In this document: positions 11,866 through 25,310 of the stretch, one piece after another | Layout: the number at the start of each line of letters is the position of its first letter | Position numbering within the stretch: position 1 is the first letter of the stretch | Assembly (NCBI GenBank): GCA_001642005.1 | Contig: LWCA01000062.1 | Coordinates: 1,413-65,412 of the forward strand | Source: Intoshia linei | Taxonomy: Eukaryota; Animalia; Orthonectida | DNA length: 64,000 nucleotides | Direction: 5' to 3' | The notes under the pieces: generated by a model | What the model saw: the letters and a program-made list of their open reading frames with translations, nothing else | Databases searched by the model: none | What the model was told of the DNA's origin: nothing | Position numbers and translations under genes: made by a program

Positions 11866-14800
11866 ATGTACAGAACAAGAAATAATGTTCCCATTTTTAG
11901 TAATGGTCAGGGAAATAGATCAATTCCAATTTATCGCGTCAATCCTCCAGTATATGCACAGCAAAATTCACAATATTCACACAAAAAACACATTTTCCCT
12001 CAACAAGCGTACCAAAACGGTCAATATAGAGGACAAAATATAATGAATATAAATAGATTAAATCAAAATCGAATTCCCATTCCTATTCGATCAGTAAACA
12101 CATATTACACACAGAATCCAAGATTGAATCAAAATGTTAGAAATGCGTATAATTCTAATAATCAACCTTATATAACTAAAAAAACTCAAATTTCGGTGCC
12201 ATATAATCATAGACTTCGACAAAATTTTGTTCAAAACCCAAATTTAATGAATCGTTTTATCTGTAGACCCGATTTAAATAATCAAATGAATTTACAAAAT
12301 TTGGATTCAAATTATCATAATGGTGTCAAGGAAGAAGTTATTACAATGCATTTTATTTTTGTTGAGGTAACATTTACTAGAATAAGATAATTTTAAAAAA
12401 GTAATTGTTAGAACGATGGGAACAAAATTAGGGACTTTTGTTGTCTGAACTTGGCTCTGAAATTATTTTTCAAATTTTATCCTAGTCCCCACAGCGGCTT
12501 TTAGCAATACCCTCAGTTAAAGATGAATCCTTTAAGACTCTATTATTCTTGTTTTTTCCTCTCTCCTCTTGTAAGGTTACCCCACAGCGGCTTTTAGCAT
12601 TACCCTCCGTTAAAGATGAATCCTTTAAGACTCTCTTATTCTTGTTTTTTTCTCTCTCCTCTTGTGAGGTTACCTCACAGCGGCTTTTAGCATTACCATC
12701 CGTTAAAGATGAATTCGTTAAGACTCTCTTATTCTTGTTTTTTTCTCTCTCCTTTTGTGAGTTTACCCCACAGCGGCTTTTAGCATTATCCTTCGTTAAA
12801 GATGAATCCTTTAAGACTCTATTATTTTTGTGTTTTTCTCTTTCCTACGTCAGAGTCCCCTGTAATGATTAAAGAATAACATTTTAAATCAATGAAATAA
12901 TACTGTAGTCTGCGATAATCATCACATTATCGTTTTTTCAAAAAATTTAAAAAAATTTATAAAAATTAACTGGATAATTTAAAATTTGAGTGGATATAAA
13001 TAATTAAATTTTCAGCATGCCAGTTATAATATTTTTTTTAGCTTACACCTCACACCACGTCAAAATTAACAAAATTGAAGCATGCTACAGCAACAATTTT
13101 CCATAATAATGTAGAAAAAAATACTAAATATGCACTGAAAACTGGAAATAAATTTACTTGGAATTTCGATACTAAACTGTAAATAAATTACAAACTTGAG
13201 ATTTTCAGAGTCCTTTGATAGCATCAGTACCAAATTTTAGACACGACCATAATGTATGATTAAATTGACTTAATTTTCCGACGGTCACCATTCGCACGTA
13301 AAATAGAAATTAATAAATATTAGTCTTACACATGGTATACACAGCTACAGGCCGAACCTACCAAGCTCCAGTTCACCCGATATAGAAAAATAGGCCTTTA
13401 AACATTAAAAAAAAATATAATATCATGTAGACCTAGTCACGTTTCCAAGTCTTTTGACTTGAAATTTTAAATTAAATACTCAGAATCGTTATGATAGGTA
13501 ACATTACATTAATTAAATAATATTTGAATTATAAATAATATAATTTACTTTTTAATGATAAATAAGATATTAATTAATATAATTTTAATTTTATTAATGA
13601 TCAATTTGGAAAAATATGGCTCCTATTTTAGAGGAGTCTACACACGGTAGGTTCGGAATGAACCCTACAGGGCTGTCATTAAATAAAGAATACTGGGTCG
13701 CACATTTTTATATATATATTTTAAATTTTTGAAAATAATGGGTTTTTTGGATTGTTTACCATGAAGATGTAAAATCTGAGGAAAAAATAGAACCAAATTG
13801 AAAATGGTACAAAATTAAAATATTAGCTCTGTGTTGGATATTTTTGTAAAATTTATTATTAATAATTTAGTGAAGCATCTCCGGGACATGGTGAATTCGT
13901 AATTAAAGTGTACAAAGTGGTAATATTTACTTTTAACAGCATATCATCGTTATGATTATCATCATTGATGAGCATATGACTTCTTGCAACATTTATAGAA
14001 CATTTGGAATGGTATAAATTTATAATTTTTCGTTTAACCAGTAAACAAAATCTAAATCAAATATAAATATTAAGTGTCAATTCCTGTTTGATTTATATTT
14101 TTTGTGATAAAAATCAATCAAACGTCATTAAAGTTTCATTGTTTATTTAGCATAAACCTTGAGAGTAAAATGTTGATAAAATAAAAATTTAGATTTATTT
14201 ATAGAGAACTCTTTAAGAAATAAAGAAATATTCAATACTAAGAAAACCTAAATTCAATTTTTAATAATTAGAAGTCATATTATTACGATTTTTAATAAAT
14301 TTTTTTTGTAATATTTCCTGGTAATTTTAATTTAATAGTCCGTTATAAATTTTATAATTTATTACAGGTTCGCCACGACAAAAGTGTGGGATCCCTGGCT
14401 TATAACTTAAGACTTATACTGTAATGCACTAATAATAAGTTTTGGACATTTTTTACTATTATAACTTTATAAAATACTAATTATATTTTTAATGGACGTA
14501 ATATTCATAAAATGATACTCGTAGTAATTTTCTGATTAATTTGTAAAATCTTGACTTTTTGGTCTTATATTTGCTTTTGAACTATATTTTTTAATGTTGC
14601 GGCCCGTGAAATTTGTAAAATTTATTTTGTGGCATTCAGTCGCCATATGTTTGGAAGACCCGGTTATATAATATGAGGTTTCTGATATTTTTATTCTTAA
14701 CTCACCCGTCCGTTTTTCTCCTTCGTCTCCGCGGAAGGTCTCTAATGTAACTTTTAATGGCTATTAATATTTATTATTATTAATGTTATTTATGAAAACT

Positions 14801-17450
14801 TTAAAACGTATTTAAATTTCTAGAAAACATTGTACTGTTAGTAAATAATAAATTTAGAAGAATAAATCACTCAAGTATGTCGGATGTGGTAAATTGGAAA
14901 ATTCAATTCAATTTAAAAATATCAAAACCCCAGTTTTTTTAAATTTAAATTTTGAAGATGAAACTGGGAAGCATACAGGAATGTTTGAAATTAATATAAG
15001 TGTAATTCATTTATTTTATATTTTTCAATGTACAGAAAGGAATCATCAATACTGATACCGGCCAAACATACAGTTGAGCGACATAATCATCGATTTTGTT
15101 AATTAATATAAATATTTATTTTTAGACAATATTTTTGTGGTTTCTTTAATGACGATGACCAACATTTTGTAGAGTTTTTAAGGAAATATTTTTTCTACCA
15201 TTTTTTTACGATTTTGAAAATAATTTTGGTATTAAAATTTTGTAGTGTTTTTAATGGAAGTTTTTTTTGACTCAATTTTTAAAGATTTTGAAGACAATTT
15301 TGGGACCAAAATTTTGTAGGGTTTTGAAAGGAATATTTTAAACATTTTATGGGATCTTTAAAAATTGTGTAAAAAAAATTTCTTTTCAAAACTTTGGTCC
15401 CAAATTTATCAATATAAGTTAATAAAAAAAATACTAAAATATAAATAAAAAAACCCATTAAAATTTCGTGAAAAAATCAAAGATAACAATTTAAATAATG
15501 TAAATAGCCATAATTCGAGAAATTAAATCGTTAATAAAATCCAAAAAAATTGAGATAGAAACAAATTTTTATAAATAAACAGTATAACTAAACATGTAGA
15601 ACAATATTATGAGGTGGGTACCACGTTTAAAATCTCAAACGCCAATTTCCGTTAAAATAAAGTTCCGTTTTAATTTTGTAATATATAGTATATATATAGA
15701 AAACTTAAAATGGTCAGGCTATCTTTAATAATCGTTGAAATGCATTAATGTTTTGGAAATATCATTTTTTTTGAGACACATTTAAATTACAGTTTTCCGA
15801 TAGTGATTTTTAATTGCAAAATTCATTTTCTAAGGTTGAGTCCTTCATGGAGAAAAACCGAACCCCCTTTTATTAAAAATTAATTGATCTAGTTAAAAAA
15901 ATTAATTAAAATTTAATAAGCCGCCCTAGTGATAGCTAGCAGCTGTTTGTACGAAGTGCATAACAGTCAAGCAAGTCTACTATACAAATCTAATTTTATA
16001 AAAGTATACTTATGATGACAGTAAATTTTACGACATAATTGCATATATATTATTTTTAGGTAAATTACCAAAAATTAAGAGTTGAAAAAATAAAAGAAAT
16101 TGATTCACCAATATTAGATAATCAAATAAAATCCAATAAAAAAAAAAAGAAAGTGTGTGATAACATTGAAAAAGCCGAAAGTAAAATTAAAAAATTGAAT
16201 TTGAATGTCACTTCAGACGAAAATGAAAAACCACTTCATTGTGAAAATGAAAATGAAATTCAAAATGATACGAATTTTAATTTAATTTTTAATGATCAAG
16301 ATGATGAATTGACACTAATAAATCACGAAAAAGAAGAAACAGAGACAGAAAAAGCAAACAGATTGTTGGAAGAATGTAGTGCTAAGGATGTTGACGCTGA
16401 CAATGATAGTTACAACGAGGACATACAAGAGGTATTCTTATGTATTAAATCGACATAAACATCAAAATAATTAAGAAATTAAAAACCTACTTTTCGTGGC
16501 TTTAGCCAAAAACCTTACCATAGTGTGACCATGTTTTATACGTACAAAGTATTAGATGTAAATTACAAAAGAAATTAAAAGCCAATAAATCTTAGATTGT
16601 TTACTTAAATAATTAACTATCCCACAGGCTTTCGCGATCGATTTAATAACTTATTGATTTTGGTATGTAATCCACAGTGGCTTTTAGCATTACCCTCCGT
16701 TAAAGATGAATCTCTTAAGACTTTATTATTCTTGTTTTTTCTCTTTACTTTTTATACAAATACGTACGATGGATCATATCAATAAATAATAAAATCGCAA
16801 AAATTGTCACTGTCGCAAAAACTAATTATTTAAGTATACCATATAAAATATATTGGCTTCTAATTTCCTCTGTAATTTAGCCTTAACACATTAAAGTACC
16901 TAGAAATAATACATTAGTGCAAAAACGACTTGTGGTGTAATAAATACACTGCAACTACACAGCTTGTTTTAAATTTTACAACCTTAACAATTAAATCTTA
17001 TTTTAAAATGGAGAATATTCCTCAAAGGGTTAAGAACGTTAGATCTGCCCTTCTCAAAAAATATAGGTGGGTGGAAGGCATCACAGGAGTAAGTAAATGT
17101 TTTTTAACATGTAATGTGAATACACAACTTTGAAAAATTCAATCCTATATTTTTGCGTTAAAAGAATGTATAAATAGTATGGATAGAATATAGTAATTAC
17201 ATATGATCCGAGACATAAAAAAACACATAGGTAAATAAATATTATTTTTAATACAGCAATAATAATACTTATAGGACCACCTTGAAAGTGGAACCGAGAA
17301 TTATGGCATAGATTCAGATCTAGAATCTGAAATTAGTGAACATTTGTCAGGTAATAAATTTAATATGGGAAAGAATTTTAAAATGTAATTAATATTCACC
17401 AAAAATTATAGAATTCCAACAAAAAATAAACGGCTTAAAATCAAAATTCC
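11866..17450 (+). CDS. Putative multi-exon uncharacterised gene with an N/Q/Y/R-rich low-complexity first exon and an acidic exon at about 16060-16431; exon chain unresolved
   Basis: 174-aa ORF at 11866 with a donor (GAG|gtaac, about 12366). Acidic ORF 16153-16458 with flanking splice signals and several small AG/GT-bounded segments. No family recognised; may be more than one gene. Confidence 0.4.
12488..12845. repeat. Tandem array of about 4 x 93-bp units; solo copy at about 16672-16743
   Basis: acagcggcttttagca recurs at 12491, 12584, 12677 and 12770, an exact 93-nt period. Confidence 0.9.
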
Positions 17451-19361
17451 CTAACCTTGATAGAATTACCCTTGAAACTGCACTAGAGGATAATCGAAAC
17501 AATGTCGATGAAACTATTGACATGTTGAAACAATTTGAATTGTAATTTATACTTTTTTTTAATAAATTCTATTTTCATGATATAGTTTGTTTTTGGTTTA
17601 TATTATATATTCTCCCATTTTCGCGGAACAACACACTTTCAAACATAAGATTTTAAACATACCAAAATTATTTTTATTGACTTCATGTCATGTTTATGTG
17701 TTAAACTACAGTTAAATACAAATAAAATTCTTATAATTTTAGTAAAAGTGTATTCCATCATTTTTTATTTACGAATTGCACAATGCTGTTTTTATTCCAA
17801 TTTATTTAAATAGTTTACAAAATGTTGAGTATTAAATTGTAGTATGCATTTTGACTGGGAAGATATAAATTTATGATAGTACATTTCCTGAAAAACATTA
17901 TCTTAGAATTGGTTTTTTAAATAGTGTGTAACACAGAGATAAAAATACTATTTTATTTAAATAATGACATACAATAAAAAAAGTAAAACAGCATTTATTC
18001 AAATAGTATTTTTAATTCAATTTTAAAATCATTAAGTTTACTATTCTTTAACATCAAGACTGGATTAAAAATTGTTAAAGTCAAAAATTTTGGGTATTTA
18101 GATGTATTTTTTAATTACTCTGAAATAAATAATGAATGCACATTACATGTTAACCAGTTGACATTTTCGATGCAACAGTTTCACCAAATATTGGGAATAT
18201 ATGCACAGCAATTTCATAAAACTAATTCAAAAAACATGGTATGTGAATATTCATGTTGATGTAAAATCATGAATCAAAAATATTTGTATTCATCAGTAGT
18301 CACTTTATCAGTTTTTCATTTCATGAGATTTTCGTCTCATCAGAATTAATCATATTAATGATTTATTAATAATATTGTAAATAATGAAATTAAAAATTTG
18401 ATACAAACAACAAAAATATTTTAGTTTTTTTGAAAAGAATGTTATCTTAGATACCATTTTTAAAATTTATTTCAAAAATACTAAAAAAACCCGTTAGAAT
18501 TTGGTTAAAAAAATTACCAAATAACACACTTTAAATGATTAAAGTTAATATTTAGGAAATCGAAACTGAAAATAAATATGCTGAAATTTAAAATAAAATG
18601 GGCGTGTTTTTAAATACTGTTCATATTACAACTTCCCGCATATGTGTAGCTTTGCAATTTTGTCAATTTGAAGTCTCCACGCATATGTGGAGTTTTAAAT
18701 ATTTTAGATTTTAAAACTACATATATATTTATCTTATATATCTTAACTTATATAATATGCTACGCGATTTTTGTTGTGTGTTTGTGTCTGTGTGTATGAC
18801 TTTAATAAAATAACTAGCTGTCTTAAAATTTTTTAAAGACCACATTTCAATTACAGTTTTTGCCAGGGCGTATAATAAAATAAATTTTAACCTCCCAATT
18901 TTACATCTTACGGGTCAAAAACCCCAGTTGTCCCTCTTTTTGAGAATCAAACAAGTTAAAGAATTTAAAAAAATATATACGCTGATGCGGATGTTAAAAT
19001 CATAAACATTATCATAAATCTAAATTTAAAAATTATATCTTCAATGCCAAAATCCCAAATTACCCTTCTTTTTTAATGAAAACAGCCCTAGAATTAAAAA
19101 AATTTACAGGTGGTACAGTTGTATCCTGTTAACACCCAAAAAAATTTAATTCCAATAAGTGACGATTTCACGGTCAAAAAAGCATTTTAGTATTTATATA
19201 TTTTTTTTCTGAAATATTTTATTAAAACAAAAAGTGTGAAATAATTAATGTCCGTAAATTAAAAAAAGATTATTTTAATAGAGCTTATTCCAGTTAATAT
19301 AAATACAAAATTTCAACTCCAGAAATCTACGCATTCCCAGTGAAAAATAATTTTTAATATA

Positions 19362-20294
19362 CAGTCAACCCTCTACTAAGTGAACATTTGAGACTCGAAT
19401 ATTTGAGTGTTTGTGATTGTAGAAATGGTGAACAAAAAATTTATTTACATAGTAACCGTAAAATTAAAATTGATTCAATATCAATTCATTTTTTTCTTTC
19501 TTTAGTAGAACCAAAGTAATTAGTTATTTTTGATGATCTGGCCAATTTTTCAGACTTTATTTCCTGCATTAAAGTCCATACACTGGATAATTTTAATGAT
19601 ATGTCTTGATAAAAACTTGTGCAACCATCCATTTGAAGTTTTAAAATTATCCACATTAAATTGGTCGGTTAATTGAAAAGCTTTATACTGCAATATATCA
19701 CCACTAATGGTTATATTCCTGGTTCTTTGCCTTTGAACCATTCGTATAATATCGAATCAATTTGGTGTTTTTTTAAGAACAGGTTTTCTCTTTTGGCTCA
19801 CATTTTCATTATCATTCAAAATTCGTTCACGATTTAATAATAATTTATTTACAAAGCCTAAAAATAAATAATAAGAGTACAGCTAAAGAGCATATTATGG
19901 ATTATTATACAAATATTAATTAAATAACTAACCTAAAGATACATTGTGTTTTGATGCAAGAAAACGTAGTGTACTACCTTTGTATTCATCAAAAAATCGA
20001 ATTAGTTATTTCTTTGTAGATGCAGCTAAATCTTTAAATTATATTAATTTTTTTTTTTAAATTTTCTTTGTTCATTTTGCAGAAATAAAAAATTTTCAAA
20101 AAGCACGTTTTGTATACAATAATTGTGAATAACAATTATAACTTCACTTTACTTTGGATAAATCATGTTCATCATTTACTTAGTAGAATGTTCCCGATTC
20201 ATTAACTTTTTTAATAATAAACTATAACACATTTTTTTTTTCATTATTGGAGAAGTTCACGTTATAGAGAGTTCATCTTATAGAGGGTTGCATG
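19362..20294 (-). mobile_element. pogo/Tigger-like DNA transposon deletion derivative with a decayed CENP-B-type HTH transposase fragment
   Basis: Imperfect TIRs (cagtcaaccctctactaagtgaac versus right end RC catgcaaccctctataagatgaac) and a TA duplication. Peptides LASKHNVSLGFVNKLL, SILYEWF, ISGDILQYKA and FKTSNGWLHKFLSRH, with stops and frameshifts. Confidence 0.85.
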
Positions 20295-20571
20295 TATTAT
20301 TACCAATATTTTTTTCATTGCTACGCAATTTTTAAATTTTAAATTCTCATTTTGAAAACATTTTTAGTGATAACATTAAAATTTAAATAAGACACTACAA
20401 CAACGAAACTAAAATTTTGTTAATATCATTTTTATGTTACAATCCTTTGCAATAATATTAAATTTGACTGAAATGTTTATAAAGTGAAGATTCGGTTAAT
20501 TATTAATACACAATTAGTATTTTTAAGTATTTATTAAATTGGTACTGAATATACAAAATGTATGTCATCAC

Positions 20572-20832
20572 TAGCCATTCATAGAGGATAATGACTAGGT
20601 TACGCAAGATTTTTAGGATGCTCTTAAAGAAGTTTGCATCATTGTGAATTACATAATGGTGTTTATTTGTTTACATTTTATTTTAAATTATATGAAATGT
20701 ACTCAATTGTATGTAGTTGCTTAACGATTTCAGAGCATCCGACTTGTAAGTTATTTAAAATTATATGAAATGTAAACAATTGTTATGTATTGTTGCTTAA
20801 CGACTTCAGAGCATCCGATTTGAATGGCTCTA
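20572..20832. mobile_element. hAT-type MITE inside the Helitron-like element, with an internal duplication of about 65 bp
   Basis: tagccattca ... tgaatggctcta ends and 8-bp TSD GTCATCAC. Confidence 0.75.
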
Positions 20833-23249
20833 GTCATCACATTGAAAATGATAAAATAGGTTTTTATAATTTTATTTTTTCTGGAATTTATGCTATATAT
20901 GACAATTTTTAGGATTTGACTGTTTTTATTTTATTTTTAATATTATACACACATTCTCTCTAATAAATTAAAAAAATGGGATAACAATTTTTTTTAAAAT
21001 TCTTTACGCCAATGTTAACAAACAAAAAATTAAGATGAAATAATTCACTTTATAGTAAAAATTAATGTGATATGATGGTTCCACCTGACACAAATTTGGG
21101 AACCACTTTTTTAAAGGATTGATAATAGTGAATAGTAGGATTTTAAAGTTAAATTTTCAACGCAAATTTATTTTTTTTGTATAATAAAAATGTGCCCTCG
21201 GCAGAGTTAAGTGCTGTTTGTACGTAGTACATAACAGTCAACCTAGTTTTATTTATATTATCTACTATATTTCCACATTAACCCCGTTGAAAATGGTTGA
21301 TGTATAGTATTTCGTCATGTTTTATTCAAAAACTCATAATAAAAATAAATACGGCCATTTAATGGCTTTTATTTAAAAAATTAGATTCCGCTATCAAGTG
21401 TGCTACTATGGGAAAATTCCATATTAATTGAAAATTACTAAATTCCGTTAATAAAAACTTATACTGTAATACTGAATTTATTACATTTAAACTGACATTG
21501 CAATATTAATATATGGTAGTATTCTTTGGAGAAATGACTTTTAAATACAAAAATATATAAAAATTGAAACAGGAGACAAATAATATTTATATCATATTGG
21601 TAATTAATCCTGTTAGCTCAGTGAACCTGAGGTAACCTGATTTAACCTTTAAGATAAAAGTAATATAGCGAAATTTTTCCGTTGTTGTTATTTTTAACAA
21701 TTAAACTAAAAATATGATAAAATTTATTACATCAAATAGTATCTAGAAATTGGAATACATTTTTGAAATGTATAAATGTTAGATTTATATTTAGTAATTT
21801 ACATTTTTTAAATTGATGTTTTGCCAAGATTTTGTTAGTACAGGTTAATATAAATAATCAAATGTGAAATCGATATAGGTAAATTTTATATCGTAAAGTA
21901 TTATATGCATTATCGCTTATATATCTCGAAATGTGTTTATTATAAGGCCATAAAATTTTTATATTTTTTCTATATACATTAGTACATACAGCATACAATG
22001 TATGCTGCATACATATGTATATTAGTACGGCAATTAGAAATTATATCAATAATGGTAAAATATTTTTGGTGGTTTCGTTTGATACATCAATACACGATAA
22101 GAGTATCAAAACAGAACAATAAAGTAAAATGTACAATTGTTCAAAGGCAACATACATTTAAATATAAACATAAATGTATATATTTAACAAATTACTTTCT
22201 TTTGTAGGCCACCCCGCATCACTTGTTTGGTACGACGTGTCAATGGAAACCTTTCCAAAAATTATAATGGCGCAGAGTTACCAGACATAAACTTATTACT
22301 GTTTATGTTGAAACCTGTGTTTTTGATGTATACAGTTCTTTTTTTGTAGAAATAATACCATAAATTAATCATAAATCTAGTTCCAATTTGAAGATAAAAG
22401 ACATTTTAATTATAATTCGTCTAATTCCGCTTACGGTAAATTATATATAAAAAATGAAAGAAATTATAAATTTGTGCAAATATCAAAATTATAACATTCT
22501 GATTAAAATATTTAGTAAAAGTAATAAAAAATTAATTGCAAAATAAAAATATAACAATATTATAACGGAAGTGAGGTATGACGGGGGATGAAACAAATAT
22601 ATGTTGAGAACAACTGGTTTAAAGAATAAATATTATTTTACCATTTTATAATACATATCTGATTTTGTAGTTCATATCTGAGTGCACAACAATAAATAAA
22701 TAATAAAATAATCTAAATATTAAATAACTTATCATTAAAAATTTATAACTCTGATCTAATCGTTATCATGTATGTTGACATTTTGACAAACATTATCATG
22801 ACATTACATTTTTTTAAAATTTCATTTCAGTCCGCCTTTGTTTTTCACAAAAAATTTCAATCTGAATAAATTAAACTTCAATTTCTCTAAAAACACCTTT
22901 AAAAATATGGTTAAAAAAAATTCCCCCTAAAACCCCCTCAAAATATGATAAAAAAAATTCCTAAAAACCCACTTGAAAATATGGTAAAAAAAATTACCTA
23001 AAAATCCCTTTGAAATATGGTAAAAAAATTACCCTAAAAAACCATTATAAAATTTGTTTGTTGTTTGGAAATTAGGAATAAAAGTATAGCCAGTTGTGAT
23101 CACAACAGAGTAAGGGAGTATTTGATAAATGTATATCTAATAATAATGATAAATACATATCTAAGACATATTTTTATTATAAAAGTGTTGTTTGACCTTG
23201 AAGACATCACTTAGTGAAATCAAATTGAGGTAATATCTGGCGATAACTG

Positions 23250-23746
23250 CAGAGCCGTCTTAAGCCACTTCATGGCTCTGGGCTAAGCAAAGGGCCGGAT
23301 GCCCTTTAAAGTTTTGAACGAAGCAAAAAAGTATTTCAAGCGCAGCGATAAAAAAATTTTAGGGCCCATTTTTTAAAAATTAATAAGTGATCATCAAAGA
23401 TTTACTACTTTCTTTTTTGAATATTCACTTAATAGAATGGTTTTAATGTTTAATATTATCATTTGAAACAGTTTTCATGTCAATATTATATGATGAACAT
23501 TGTAGAATATATTTTAAATTGAATATTTACCAGAACTTTGATTCTTTAAACTATTTTCTTTCTATCTATTTGAATTCTTACACTTCAAAACTTATAAACT
23601 ATTCTTAAGATATAAATGAAGTATTTTTTAATAAATTAGGCTTCTTTTTAAGATATAAGTGTGAAGTACTTTTATTAATTAGGGGCCTTTTTTAATGAGT
23701 GACCCTGGGCTACAGCCTATATTGCCCATGTCTTAGAACGGCTCTG
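23250..23746. mobile_element. hAT-type MITE
   Basis: TIRs cagagccgtcttaag / cttagaacggctctg and perfect 8-bp TSD GATAACTG. Confidence 0.85.
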
Positions 23747-25310
23747 GATAACTGTATGAACTGTAATTTTTTAAAAAAAGGGTGTTTTGGGGTTTATACC
23801 CTAAAGATATATTTTGTAAATTCTAAAACTCGTTTGATTTTCAATAAAAAGTATAATTTGGGTTTTGGGTTTTAACCGGTAAGATGTGAGTTTCTGAGAT
23901 TGAAATAGATCTCACTTTCACATCTAAAAAAAACTGTAATAGAAATATGGAATTGTTAAATTTCTAAGACTCTTAGTTATTGAAATAAACGATAACACAC
24001 TCAGAAAAACGAACAAATAGTTTTATAAGTAAAGATATAGTATATACCAGGGGTGCCCAACCTTTTTTTAATGAGATCAACTTTTAAATTTTTCATTGAG
24101 TGGTGATCGACTAATACATTGACTAGAAAAAAGTTTCTGATCGGAACCTATGTTAAAAATTAAAAAGTAAATCGTAGAAAATTATAATATTAAGCAATTT
24201 TGCAATATATTTCAACATTATAGGCAAAACCTATTATAAAGCAATAGTGGATTAATCAAAATGTTATAATTTAAGGTAGCAACTATATCATTTAATAATA
24301 TTGCTAGAGAAGTGGTTAAATAAGTAAAGATCCGGTACTCACTCCACATATAGTAAACTAGTTTTTAACAATATATATTACAATTAAATTTTATAAATAT
24401 TAAAATATATTGTTTTAAAATAGGGGTCATTTTAAACATTAAATATTCAAAGTATTACTAAAATAAAAAAATTAATTCTAATTTATAAATTTTGGCGATC
24501 AACTATAAAATCATCTGCGACGGACAGGTTGGTCATCTTTGATAAATAAGAAAATAAATAATAAGGAAATGAAAATACAACTTTATTTAATGGAATCTTA
24601 CCATCGAGTATGCTAGTTATGATTTCACTTTTTATCTTTAAATTCAATTCTACTTAGTTTAATTTTAATATATACAGTTATGGCCAAAAAAAACGCATAT
24701 AGCTATATGTATATAATCGAATCAATTAATTAAAAAAAAAATTAACTCACTTATTAATTCGCATTAGACATTTTTATGTACACAATTTACTTTTTTTGAA
24801 TNATGAAATTTACATTATAAGCCAAAATATATACTATACGAAAAGAAATTTGAGTTAATTTTATAAATTTTTAGATTTTAAATTTTTTGTATTTTTAGTA
24901 TAATTTTATATTTTTATCGTTTTTAAATCCCCCTTAAAAGTTTGATTCAAAAAAAATCTTAAACAACCACTCTTGAAAGTTTGGTTCAAAAAAAAATTAC
25001 TAAAACCCAAAATTAAAATAAAATATAAATGAAGTTTTATACATTCTACGACTTGCCCATATAATGTGTATATTTCACAGTTTTACACATTCTATACCAG
25101 TGTTTCCCAAATGGGGGCTTGGCCCCACCAGGGGGCCTATAGAGATTGAGGGGGCCGCAGATTTAAGAAAAATTTTAAAATTAAATTAGAATCGTTAACA
25201 TTAATTTGATTTAGTATTTGATATTTAATTAATATATTCTTAAAATTTGGATTAATTGTGAATTATAATAAATTTAAAAATTATTAACCTTTATGTGACA
25301 ATAACATGTA

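Larger units (their letters stand above)
18741..21246 (+). mobile_element. Full-length non-autonomous Helitron-like element carrying two nested insertions
   Basis: A|TC 5' end (tcttaacttatataatatgctacgcg, followed by a GT microsatellite-like tract). 3' hairpin ctgtttgtac-gta-gtacataacag then CTAG|T. No TSD. Confidence 0.7.

Noticed and set aside
12488-12845. Possible CRISPR-like array
   Set aside because: Whole 93-bp units repeat with no unique spacers, the context is eukaryotic, and there are no cas genes.
21990-22350. GC-richer patch with exon-like boundaries
   Set aside because: No consistent reading frame or recognisable motif could be assembled on either strand.
22890-23050. Degenerate repeats of about 35 bp (aaaatatggtaaaaaaaattacctaaaaa); similar tracts near 11430-11530 and 15120-15400
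   Set aside because: Low-complexity internal repeats of dispersed elements with no further structure evident.
24673-24802. Second Tc1 left terminus
   Set aside because: Only about 125 bp long and ends at an N gap; cannot be distinguished from a contig-end artefact.
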